Assembly (NCBI GenBank): GCA_021814695.1
Contig: JAKAHY010000005.1
Location: 1,364-65,363, forward strand
DNA from: a bacterium
Lineage (GTDB): Bacteria; Patescibacteriota; Minisyncoccia; UBA6257; JAGOQP01
Length of the DNA: 64,000 bases
Reading direction: 5' to 3'
Of this stretch, positions 55,713 through 64,000 are shown in pieces. Numbering within the stretch: position 1 is the first letter of the stretch; each line of letters begins with the position of its first letter. The translations under genes were made by a program, and so were the position numbers. The notes beneath the pieces are model-generated. The model searched no databases. It was not told the DNA's origin and was given only the letters and a program-made list of their open reading frames with translations.

Positions 55713-58700
55713 CTATATCAGCTTTTTAGTGCCTGATTTTTGAATCATCCCCTTAACAGGCAGAGAAACATAAAATTTCGTCCCTTTATTTTCTTTGGAT
55801 TCAAACCAAATTGAACCGCCGGATTTTTCGACTATTTCTTTGACTATATAAAGACCCAATCCGGTTCCATCGGTTTCAACCTCCCTTATATTATCTGCTC
55901 TGAAAAATTTCTCGAAAATCCTTGACTGCTGTCGTTCTGGAATCCCATAACCGCTATCGGAGACGGATATTATGATGTCATTCCCTATCTTATGAACCTC
56001 AACCTTGATCGACCCTTTGTTGGGCGTATATTTGACCGAATTTGAAATCAGATTCTGAAGCACCACGCGCATTAAACTTTGGTCAATACTAAGCAATCCT
56101 ATTGTTTTATCATATTGTTCTGTTAATTTTTGATGGCGCTTTTTTATTTCGTGTGAAAGCTCTTTTATTACGGATTTCAATATTTCGATGATATCGGTAG
56201 GTTTGGGTTCTATAGCAAAGGTTCCAAGCTCAATTCTAGAAACGTTAAGCAGAGACCCGACCAAATCGGCCATGCGCTTGCTCGAATGATAGATTTCCCC
56301 GAGATAATCTTTCTGTTTTTTATTAAGTTTACCGACGTCTTCATCCAATAACATTTCCGTATACCAATTTATTGCCGAGAGGGGCGTGCGTAATTGATGG
56401 GATGCCAGTGATACAAATTCTGACTTAGATTTATCAATCGCCCTTTCTTTTGTTACGTCGCGCTCAATTCCGACAAAGAATATAATATTTCCCTTTTCAT
56501 CAAGAATCGGAGCAATACTCATGACAGCCTGGTAAGACTCTCCCGATTTGCGCCTGTTTGTAACTTCTCCGGTAAATGATTTCTTTTCTTCCTTAATTGT
56601 CTTCCACATTGTTTTATAGAAATCCGCCGGCATCTGACCGCCCCACAATCTTGGGTTGGCTCCTATCATCTCGTTTATCGGATAACCCGTGATTCTGGAT
56701 GCCGCATTGTTGGCATAAAGAATTTTAGCGTCCGCATCGGTAATAATAATATGATCGGAAGCATTCTGAACCGCCAGCTTAAACTTCTCCATATCAGCAT
56801 TTACCTGTTTTAAATGCTCTTCACTGCGCTTAATTTCGGAAATATCATGAACGATTACCTGTATCGCTTTAACACCCTCAAAAACAACCGGAGCGGCAAT
56901 AACTTCAACATCAATGGGCGTGCCGTCGATTTTAAGGAACTTTTCGGCATTGAGAGAAACTGATTTGCCTGTTTCTATCATTTCCGAAATCCTTTGCTCG
57001 ACAACCTTTTGGCTATCAGGATGAACAAAGCTCATTGTTGGCCTACCTATCAAGTTCTCTGCCGATTTTGCCCCAAATAATCTCACAGCTGCCATATTAA
57101 CGAATAAAACGCTTTTTCCGGAATGAACAGCAATGGCATCGGGAGATAAATCCACTAACAAGCGGTAATTTTCTTCGCTCTTCTTCAGATTTTCTCTGGA
57201 GATGACTTCGTTTGTGACATCGGCATATATAGCCACAATATTTCCGTCGGGAGTTTTGTATATAAAATTTCTTCTCCAGGAATCCTTGCCGTTGTTGCTG
57301 TATTTTTTTTCGGGGAAATACTGGGAATTGCCGGTTTTATACACGTGCTTGAACACATCCACAATCCCCATTTGAACTGCTCCGGGGAATGCGCGGGTAA
57401 CATCTTTGCCTATAACATCCTGTTTTTTAACGCCTTCTATTTTTTCGGCAACAGAGCTGAAATCTTTTAATATAAAACTTTTACCGTCATCCTCGGTTTT
57501 ATAAACAACGACGGCTAATCCCAAATTATTTGTCATTTGGGTATATATCTCCTCACTTTCTATCAAACTTATTTGAGTTCGAATACTGCCTATCCCAAAG
57601 CCTATATCGTTGGCCAACTCGGTCAAAAGTTTTATTTCACTTTCACTAAACGCGTCCGGTTCCGAGGAATAAATATTTAATGCTCCAAAAATACCGGAAG
57701 CCAAAGGTATTGGAAAAGCCGCAGAAGATGCATACCCCCGCTTTGATGCCGCCTCTCTCCACAACACATATGATGGGTCGTTTAATATATCTTTCATAAC
57801 AGAAACCTTTCCGTATCTTATCGCAATTCCGGTTGGGCCCTGACCATATTCGTTGTCTCCCCAGGATATTTTAACGGAGCTAAGATACCCGTCTTCGTAT
57901 CCGACCTGAGCTATCGGTTTGACGGTTTTTTGAACATCATTTATTGCCGTTCCTATCCATGCCAGACGATAGCCACCGACATTAACCACAATGTCACAGA
58001 CTTTTTTTACAAATTCATCTTCGTTTTTTATACGGACCATCGCCTGGTTGCTTTCGCTAAGAACCCTAAGGGCGCGGCTGGTTCTGGCCATGGTTATCTC
58101 CGTCAATTTTCTATCTGTCATATCTTCAGAAAATATGGCCAACTGATAAACTTTGCCGGAAGAATCGTGTATGGGATAAATGCTATTGCGGAAATATCTT
58201 CCGGAACGAAAATCTTCGTACTTAGTGGGCTCGCCGCTATCAATAACCGCGGAAGCTCTGTCTCTGCGCACTTTGGCTAATTCCGGAGGAAAATACTCAT
58301 ATATTATTTTTCCGGACAATTCGCCGGGCTTCATATTAAAACGAGCTGCTCCGGATTCATTGGCAGTAATTATCCGTCCGTCCAAATCGATAAGATAGAC
58401 GGCTTCTACGGTAGCGTTGAGAATCGCACTGTTGACTTCATTGCTTTGTTTTAGCGCAGCTTCAATCTGGCGATGATGAGTAACGTCTCTAATTATGACC
58501 AAATTAAGTCCCGGCAAATAATGCGCCGTTGCCGTAACTTCCATATACCTGTTTTGACCGCTTATGGGACCCTTAAACATAAAATCGAATCTCATTTTCC
58601 CCTCCACCAAAAATCTATCCCATACTTTTCTATCGACATTTTTTTCGTCCGGAGAAATAAAATCAAAAACGGTATGGTGTAAAATCAGTTCTTTTTTTGA

Positions 58701-59897
58701 AAGACCGTGCATTGCAATTCCGGCAGAATTAGCATCAACAAAACGCCCGTCATCATCAATGACAAACATGGCGTCGGGAGCCTGTTCAAAGATAGATTTG
58801 AGCTTTGCTTCGCTGTCCTGAAGTTCTTTTGTTACTTTGTCGGCCAATCTCAACGCCCGCGAGCGCGATGTTAAAAATATAAAAATGATAAGAGATACCA
58901 GAAAGCTTGTTAAAATAGCGGCTATGGGGTATACGATAAGAAAAATTACATCCGAAGTTTTTACCCCAAATTGCGGAAGCGCTTTAAACTTTATGAGCCA
59001 TTGACGCCCCTGAAAATAAAAAGATTTTTGATATACAAACTGGGGAATAATCTGATTATTCGGATTGCTGTCAAAAAACGGATTGGCCGATGGATTATCG
59101 GTTATGTCATAAACTTCGTAATCAATATATTGTCCAAAAGAACTCAAAATAATTCCGGCCTCGCATTTATCAATGTCTGAAATAGCAAGGACAAATCCTC
59201 TCAATTGTCCTTGGCTGGTGGGAATAGTCGACGATTTATAATATATGGGCATAATCGTATCGACTCTTGAGTGATCACTATTCCACATCTTTTGAATAGG
59301 CGTTGCTACCGCGCGGCCACTACTGCCCGCTTTTTGTAAATCCTGTAGAAGTTGGGGTTGCGAAGAATAATCATATCCTTCCAAAACCGATGAGCTTTCG
59401 GTAAGCGGCGTAATATATTTGATTATGTAGTATTCGTCTTTATTTACATCGGGATGCAAGACAACGTCGGTCTGTTTTTTAAAAACGGTCGATGAATAAT
59501 CACCGGCAGTTTTTAATTCTGTTTTAATCTGGTCTTTGTTTATTTTTTTTATGTATCCCAATTCATCTATGCAGGATGTCACTAAAGACGCGGTTTGTCC
59601 TTGGGTGTATGCTGACCACTCTTCGGGGCTTATGGTATGAGGCATCGATTCATAGTATCCTTTGACACCGATAAGGATGGAGTTGCTAACATTTACTCGA
59701 TTAGTTATTTCGCCCACAACCCGATTAACCTCAGTATCAAACGCGGCCCTCCTCTCATACATAACCTGATCGAGTATTTTAGTCCAAAAAATATAAGTAA
59801 TAATCAAGAGAACAATAAAAACAGCGGTCGGTAAAATCGTTTTTTTTAAACTAAACACGCGAATTTTTTTATAAAGTTCGAGCCAGCTGTCACTCAT
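55713..59897 (-). CDS. Sensor histidine kinase (CHASE-like, multiple PAS, GAF, HisKA, HATPase)
   Basis: Two TM helices around an extracellular domain; several PAS repeats; GAF motif GPTGIAIR; ASHQLRTPL; NSVKYT; GTGLGL. Confidence 0.95.
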   Translation of the reverse strand: MSDSWLELYKKIRVFSLKKTILPTAVFIVLLIITYIFWTKILDQVMYERRAAFDTEVNRVVGEITNRVNVSNSILIGVKGYYESMPHTISPEEWSAYTQGQTASLVTSCIDELGYIKKINKDQIKTELKTAGDYSSTVFKKQTDVVLHPDVNKDEYYIIKYITPLTESSSVLEGYDYSSQPQLLQDLQKAGSSGRAVATPIQKMWNSDHSRVDTIMPIYYKSSTIPTSQGQLRGFVLAISDIDKCEAGIILSSFGQYIDYEVYDITDNPSANPFFDSNPNNQIIPQFVYQKSFYFQGRQWLIKFKALPQFGVKTSDVIFLIVYPIAAILTSFLVSLIIFIFLTSRSRALRLADKVTKELQDSEAKLKSIFEQAPDAMFVIDDDGRFVDANSAGIAMHGLSKKELILHHTVFDFISPDEKNVDRKVWDRFLVEGKMRFDFMFKGPISGQNRYMEVTATAHYLPGLNLVIIRDVTHHRQIEAALKQSNEVNSAILNATVEAVYLIDLDGRIITANESGAARFNMKPGELSGKIIYEYFPPELAKVRRDRASAVIDSGEPTKYEDFRSGRYFRNSIYPIHDSSGKVYQLAIFSEDMTDRKLTEITMARTSRALRVLSESNQAMVRIKNEDEFVKKVCDIVVNVGGYRLAWIGTAINDVQKTVKPIAQVGYEDGYLSSVKISWGDNEYGQGPTGIAIRYGKVSVMKDILNDPSYVLWREAASKRGYASSAAFPIPLASGIFGALNIYSSEPDAFSESEIKLLTELANDIGFGIGSIRTQISLIESEEIYTQMTNNLGLAVVVYKTEDDGKSFILKDFSSVAEKIEGVKKQDVIGKDVTRAFPGAVQMGIVDVFKHVYKTGNSQYFPEKKYSNNGKDSWRRNFIYKTPDGNIVAIYADVTNEVISRENLKKSEENYRLLVDLSPDAIAVHSGKSVLFVNMAAVRLFGAKSAENLIGRPTMSFVHPDSQKVVEQRISEMIETGKSVSLNAEKFLKIDGTPIDVEVIAAPVVFEGVKAIQVIVHDISEIKRSEEHLKQVNADMEKFKLAVQNASDHIIITDADAKILYANNAASRITGYPINEMIGANPRLWGGQMPADFYKTMWKTIKEEKKSFTGEVTNRRKSGESYQAVMSIAPILDEKGNIIFFVGIERDVTKERAIDKSKSEFVSLASHQLRTPLSAINWYTEMLLDEDVGKLNKKQKDYLGEIYHSSKRMADLVGSLLNVSRIELGTFAIEPKPTDIIEILKSVIKELSHEIKKRHQKLTEQYDKTIGLLSIDQSLMRVVLQNLISNSVKYTPNKGSIKVEVHKIGNDIIISVSDSGYGIPERQQSRIFEKFFRADNIREVETDGTGLGLYIVKEIVEKSGGSIWFESKENKGTKFYVSLPVKGMIQKSGTKKLI

Positions 59898-59950
59898 ACG
59901 AGCGGCGCAAAGCTTCTGATCTTTGCAAATTTATTTTTACTGGAAAATTG

Positions 59951-60322
59951 CTATTTTGACTTTATGGAGACTGTCTTAACCTTGGAAACGATCTCGTTAA
60001 TCGGGTGCTGCGCTTTGACAAAATAATCAACAGCCCCCAAAGAAAGAGCGCGTTTTATATCCTCATCTTCTCCTAAATTGGAAACTACAACAACGGGGAT
60101 GGTTTTGAGTGAATCTTCGGATTTCAATTCCGAGAGCACTTCAAAGCCGTTTTTTTTCGGCAAAACCAGATCAAGAACAATAACGTCGGGGTCAAAACTT
60201 TTGGCCAAATTAAGAGCCACCTCTCCGTCCGAAGCTATCTTTACGTCATAGTGGGCTTTTGAGAACTTTTCCTCAAAAACTTTTGCCAGTATTTGTTCGT
60301 CTTCAACAACTAAAATTTTCAT
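59951..60322 (-). CDS. Single-domain response regulator
   Basis: LVVEDE, VLDLVLP and GAVDYFVK. Confidence 0.93.
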   Translation of the reverse strand: MKILVVEDEQILAKVFEEKFSKAHYDVKIASDGEVALNLAKSFDPDVIVLDLVLPKKNGFEVLSELKSEDSLKTIPVVVVSNLGEDEDIKRALSLGAVDYFVKAQHPINEIVSKVKTVSIKSK

Positions 60323-60369
60323 AAAACTTTCAATAAATAATTAATTCAACCTTCTTTGTCAGTATACAA

Positions 60370-61824
60370 CTAACCTTCTATTTCCTCAATGTTACTCGCT
60401 ACATAATCTTTTATTTTATCCGCAGCCGCTTTAAGACGCTTTAAGGCAAATTTCATTTCTTCGGCTTCTCTTTCGTCTATTTTATCATCGGCATATTTTC
60501 CCAAAAGATTGTCTATCTCTTTTGTAATAATATTAAAGGATGTTATAACGTCTCTTTGAGCAATAACTATTCTCATCTGGCGTTTCTTTTTTTCAAGCCT
60601 TCCGACATACCAACCACTGGCAACTCCTAACATAATCAACACTATAATTGCCACAAAGAAAAAAGTTTTTGACACGCCTAGTCCACCGATCATAAAAAAC
60701 GGCTTTTCTTGAATGTAAAGATTTATCCGAGAAGCGGTGATGTTTCCGGCTTCATCAACGGCCTCAACAACAACAACGTGACTACCCGAACTTTGCGGAG
60801 GCAACACAAACGAGGTCAAAGGTGTCGAGGTTATTGTCTTACTGTCAATAACTATCCGGTAAAAAGCGATCCCGGAGGGCTGGTCCGTCGTTTCAAACGT
60901 CAGAGTCGGATTTATAACATCAGTATTATTACCCTCTTTAACCAGGGCATCAAATGGTTGGGGAGGGGCGGTATCAATGGATATTTTATAGTGAAGAGTC
61001 GGGCCCCATCCGATATCATTTTTAAATCTTACGTGCAAATACCACGCCCCATCATCCAAAGCTCCAAAAGTCTTGTTGTCAAAAAGACCTTCCGATTTAG
61101 TCGGGCTAAAAGCCGGGTCTTTATTTAAATCGGTCGCAATACCGGTAACATCCGGGGGTAAATCTATGTGGGTTATAAAATTAGAACTGACATTATACCA
61201 ACTTGATGAATCGGGATAGAGAGGAACTTGAATTGATGGCTTTTGAGGAAGTTTCCCTGTCGGAACCGCCGGTCTTGATACGGGCGTTATTTGCTGAGGA
61301 GTCGATGTCGGAGCGGTAATTATCTGAGTCCCCTGTGTAGTTGCAATGGTTATTTGTAAACCATTCATAGCCGTTAAAACATTTGACCCGCTTCCATCGC
61401 TTGCAGTTATAGCTCCATCTGTAAGAGATATATTCGCCTGACCCGCTCCCTTGACCACAAAAAATATTCTAAAGGCTTCCAATGATTTTCCGGTAAATCC
61501 CACAGTCGCTCCGGCCACAAATGTAACGGTTCCGGCATTATTATTTACGGTTGGATCCTGCAGCCAAAAATTAAATACCGAATTTGTTTTATCGGTGCTG
61601 GTAACACTTAAGATATCGGCCGGAAACTTTATTGTTGCCTGAACGGCATTGACACCGGCATTTTCGCTGTCGATTTTTACATCGACACTAAATTTATCCC
61701 CGATATTAAAAATATTTTGACTTGTAACAAGATTAATCGTTGCCGCCTTTGCCGATGGTGGCAACAGAGCAATAAAACAAATCGCAAATACGGCGGATAT
61801 TACAATTACTTTTTTATTTATCAT
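60370..61824 (-). CDS. Membrane-anchored cohesin-like domain protein
   Basis: Signal peptide; FSVDVKID...NAVQATIKFPADILSV cohesin-like domain; Ig-like domains; TM helix and cytoplasmic helical tail. Confidence 0.78.
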   Translation of the reverse strand: MINKKVIVISAVFAICFIALLPPSAKAATINLVTSQNIFNIGDKFSVDVKIDSENAGVNAVQATIKFPADILSVTSTDKTNSVFNFWLQDPTVNNNAGTVTFVAGATVGFTGKSLEAFRIFFVVKGAGQANISLTDGAITASDGSGSNVLTAMNGLQITIATTQGTQIITAPTSTPQQITPVSRPAVPTGKLPQKPSIQVPLYPDSSSWYNVSSNFITHIDLPPDVTGIATDLNKDPAFSPTKSEGLFDNKTFGALDDGAWYLHVRFKNDIGWGPTLHYKISIDTAPPQPFDALVKEGNNTDVINPTLTFETTDQPSGIAFYRIVIDSKTITSTPLTSFVLPPQSSGSHVVVVEAVDEAGNITASRINLYIQEKPFFMIGGLGVSKTFFFVAIIVLIMLGVASGWYVGRLEKKKRQMRIVIAQRDVITSFNIITKEIDNLLGKYADDKIDEREAEEMKFALKRLKAAADKIKDYVASNIEEIEG

Positions 61825-61864
61825 CAGATTTTGATTTGGTTTTACTTACGATGATTATAACACG

Positions 61865-64000
61865 TTATTTTTGCTGAAGAGTCCTCACAAAGATGCTGAA
61901 GTCTTGAACGTCCACTTTTCCGTCACCATTAAGATCATCCAGAGCTCTCGTTTTCGGATCAGTTGAGCTCCAGCGAGAAATAAATATGCTCCAATCTTTT
62001 ATATCTATTACTCCATCGTTATTGAAGTCCATATTCGGAGTAAATATATTGGTTATAGAAAACACTTGTTGGGGAGAAAAGTCGCTCTTGATGTAATCCG
62101 GCGATACTTGCCGAGTTGCGACCGTATGGCTTCCAAAATCAAGATTAGCGGTATTGACCAATACTTTATAGTTTCCTCTGGAATCTGCGGTAACGGTGTT
62201 GGATATAAGTTGTCCGTCTATTTCTGTTTCGATGTTATATCCGGGAGCGGCCAGTCCGATAATGCCCAGAAAATCTCCTTTGGTTATGGATGAACGTATA
62301 AGGCCCAGAGTCGGCGAGAGTAAAATATTTTGAACCTTCAACAGCTGACTCGGATCTGTAAGATTGGCACCGAAGATCTTGGCTTGAGTCGTACGATTGG
62401 AGCTGTCGGTCGCGACTATTGAATAAGAACTCGCTCCCGGAGGAAGCCCTCCGACAGATATAGAGAAGTTACCGTTTGGGGAAGCGGTAGACTGCTGCTG
62501 TATTGGAGTTTGTCCCCCGCCTTTAATTGCGATGATATTTATTTTTGCATTAGTAAAGGCCTTACCGGACAGCTGGACTCCGGAGATTGCCGGAGGAACA
62601 AAGCCTCCCGATATTTGTGCGCTTTGTGTTGTAGCAGGTCCGTAGGTAATGACAAAAGTAACCGTTTGTTGAGAAGAAACATCTAGGCCGGTACTGGCAA
62701 TATCCTGAAGAGAAAGAGTAATCGTTTCCAGTTTCGGATCCGATATATATATCGTTCCGACTCCATTGGTGATAGTTATTGGACCGGCTCCGGTAGCTGA
62801 ACCCGTCGTCACAAGTCTTACGTTTGAATGGTACAGAGTGTCGGTATTCCCGCTATCATCCTGAACTTTAACCGTAACAAGCATTGACGCTCCTACTGGG
62901 TATTGAGAGCTTAATGGCATTATATTTATTCGAGTCGCAACAATCGGAACGGTAGAAACAACAACCGTATCGGCAGCGTCCTGAATTCCGGAAGTTCCGT
63001 TGGCAATCGGCGTACCGTCGGAAGCTGTTATAACCCAAGTCCCGGGAGTTTCGTCAAAATACCAAAACTGAGCAGAAGATTGATTGTTGTTAAAAACAAT
63101 AAATGTTTCGGTGCCTCCACCGGAAGAGGCGTCATAAAATGCTGTAGTTGTTCCCGAAGACGATGAGTAAAGATATGCGGTAACGACTCCGGATGTCACG
63201 AGGTTATTATATTGATCTTTCCTGGTAATTGTATAACCCAAACGGGTTCCGGCAGTCATATTGCCCGGATCATCGAGAACAAATTTATAAATTGCTCCGG
63301 GCGTCACGGAAAATGTACTGGCAGAATCGGCAATACCGGATGATCCATCCGGAGCGGTAGCGTTGTCTGATGCGGTTACAGTTGTCGTAGCTGATTTCTC
63401 GTCATAATACCAGAAACTAACCGAAGAAGTTCCGCTGACAAAATCTATGGAAGTAATGGAACTGCCTCCACTGGCAGCATCATAAAAGTGGTACGTCCCG
63501 GAAGACATTGAATACAAATATGAAACTGTTGATCCGAGAGTAACGGCATTTCCGTACTGGTCTTTGCGAGTGAGCTCAAATCCAAGACGAGTTCCGGCAG
63601 CCATATTGCCCGGATTGTTTAATGCAAATTGAGCCACAGCTCCTGGATTAAACGTAGCAGTGCCGACTGAAGAAACGTTAAGGCCGGTATGCTGGGTATC
63701 TGAAAGCGATAAATTAACTGTTTCAGCAGTATGGTCGGAGATATCTATCGTGCCGACTCCGTTAACCATTGTCACCAATCCCCCTCCGGTTGCCGAACCG
63801 CTGGTAACAAGAGTGACGCTGCTGGTTGCGGTAGTATCCAAATTACCGCTGTTGTCCTGAGCTTGTATGGTTACCGTTATGGGGCCGTCAACGGTCCCGG
63901 CAGTTGTGGAAAGTATGACAAATTTTGTCGCAACGATAGGTGCCGCATTAACAGTCACTGAGTCCGTTCCGTCGGCAATTCCGGTTGCGCCATCAGGAGC
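61865..64000 (-). CDS. Large repeat surface protein with C-terminal dockerin-like domain (5' end beyond window)
   Basis: Frame is open to 64000; repeated KDQYGN and FWYYDE modules; DFNNDGVIDIKD and DLNGDGKVDVQD Ca-binding loops. Confidence 0.85.
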   Translation of the reverse strand, partial: APDGATGIADGTDSVTVNAAPIVATKFVILSTTAGTVDGPITVTIQAQDNSGNLDTTATSSVTLVTSGSATGGGLVTMVNGVGTIDISDHTAETVNLSLSDTQHTGLNVSSVGTATFNPGAVAQFALNNPGNMAAGTRLGFELTRKDQYGNAVTLGSTVSYLYSMSSGTYHFYDAASGGSSITSIDFVSGTSSVSFWYYDEKSATTTVTASDNATAPDGSSGIADSASTFSVTPGAIYKFVLDDPGNMTAGTRLGYTITRKDQYNNLVTSGVVTAYLYSSSSGTTTAFYDASSGGGTETFIVFNNNQSSAQFWYFDETPGTWVITASDGTPIANGTSGIQDAADTVVVSTVPIVATRINIMPLSSQYPVGASMLVTVKVQDDSGNTDTLYHSNVRLVTTGSATGAGPITITNGVGTIYISDPKLETITLSLQDIASTGLDVSSQQTVTFVITYGPATTQSAQISGGFVPPAISGVQLSGKAFTNAKINIIAIKGGGQTPIQQQSTASPNGNFSISVGGLPPGASSYSIVATDSSNRTTQAKIFGANLTDPSQLLKVQNILLSPTLGLIRSSITKGDFLGIIGLAAPGYNIETEIDGQLISNTVTADSRGNYKVLVNTANLDFGSHTVATRQVSPDYIKSDFSPQQVFSITNIFTPNMDFNNDGVIDIKDWSIFISRWSSTDPKTRALDDLNGDGKVDVQDFSIFVRTLQQK

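Noticed and set aside
1-64000. CRISPR array or cas genes
   Set aside because: No run of equal-length repeats with unique spacers and no Cas-like ORF seen.

Overview
Core-genome segment of a small-genome bacterium, most likely Patescibacteria/CPR (Parcubacteria-like). This is inferred from gene content and style, using the standard genetic code. It carries housekeeping genes for chaperones, replication, cell division and translation, ten tRNA genes, large repeat surface proteins, a cohesin/dockerin pair and a CHASE-PAS-GAF kinase module. dnaJ, rpmG and rpmF are absent from the ORF track but present. The notable signals are mostly non-coding. (1) tRNA-Phe(GAA) is split after U33 by a 295-nt group I intron, next to a free-standing AT-rich HNH endonuclease whose promoter contains a tRNA D-arm copy. 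(2) Four different tRNAs are followed by the same architecture: hairpin, inverted copy of their own 3' end, short core, then a direct repeat of their own 3' end. (3) Two related inverted-repeat elements flanked by TCAA abut sigma70 -35 boxes. (4) A 20-bp palindrome is inserted cleanly into a tRNA fragment. (5) About a dozen stand-alone cassettes have strong Shine-Dalgarno sites while most core genes have none. (6) A probable leader-peptide attenuator precedes a GNAT. All calls were made by eye; no searches were run.
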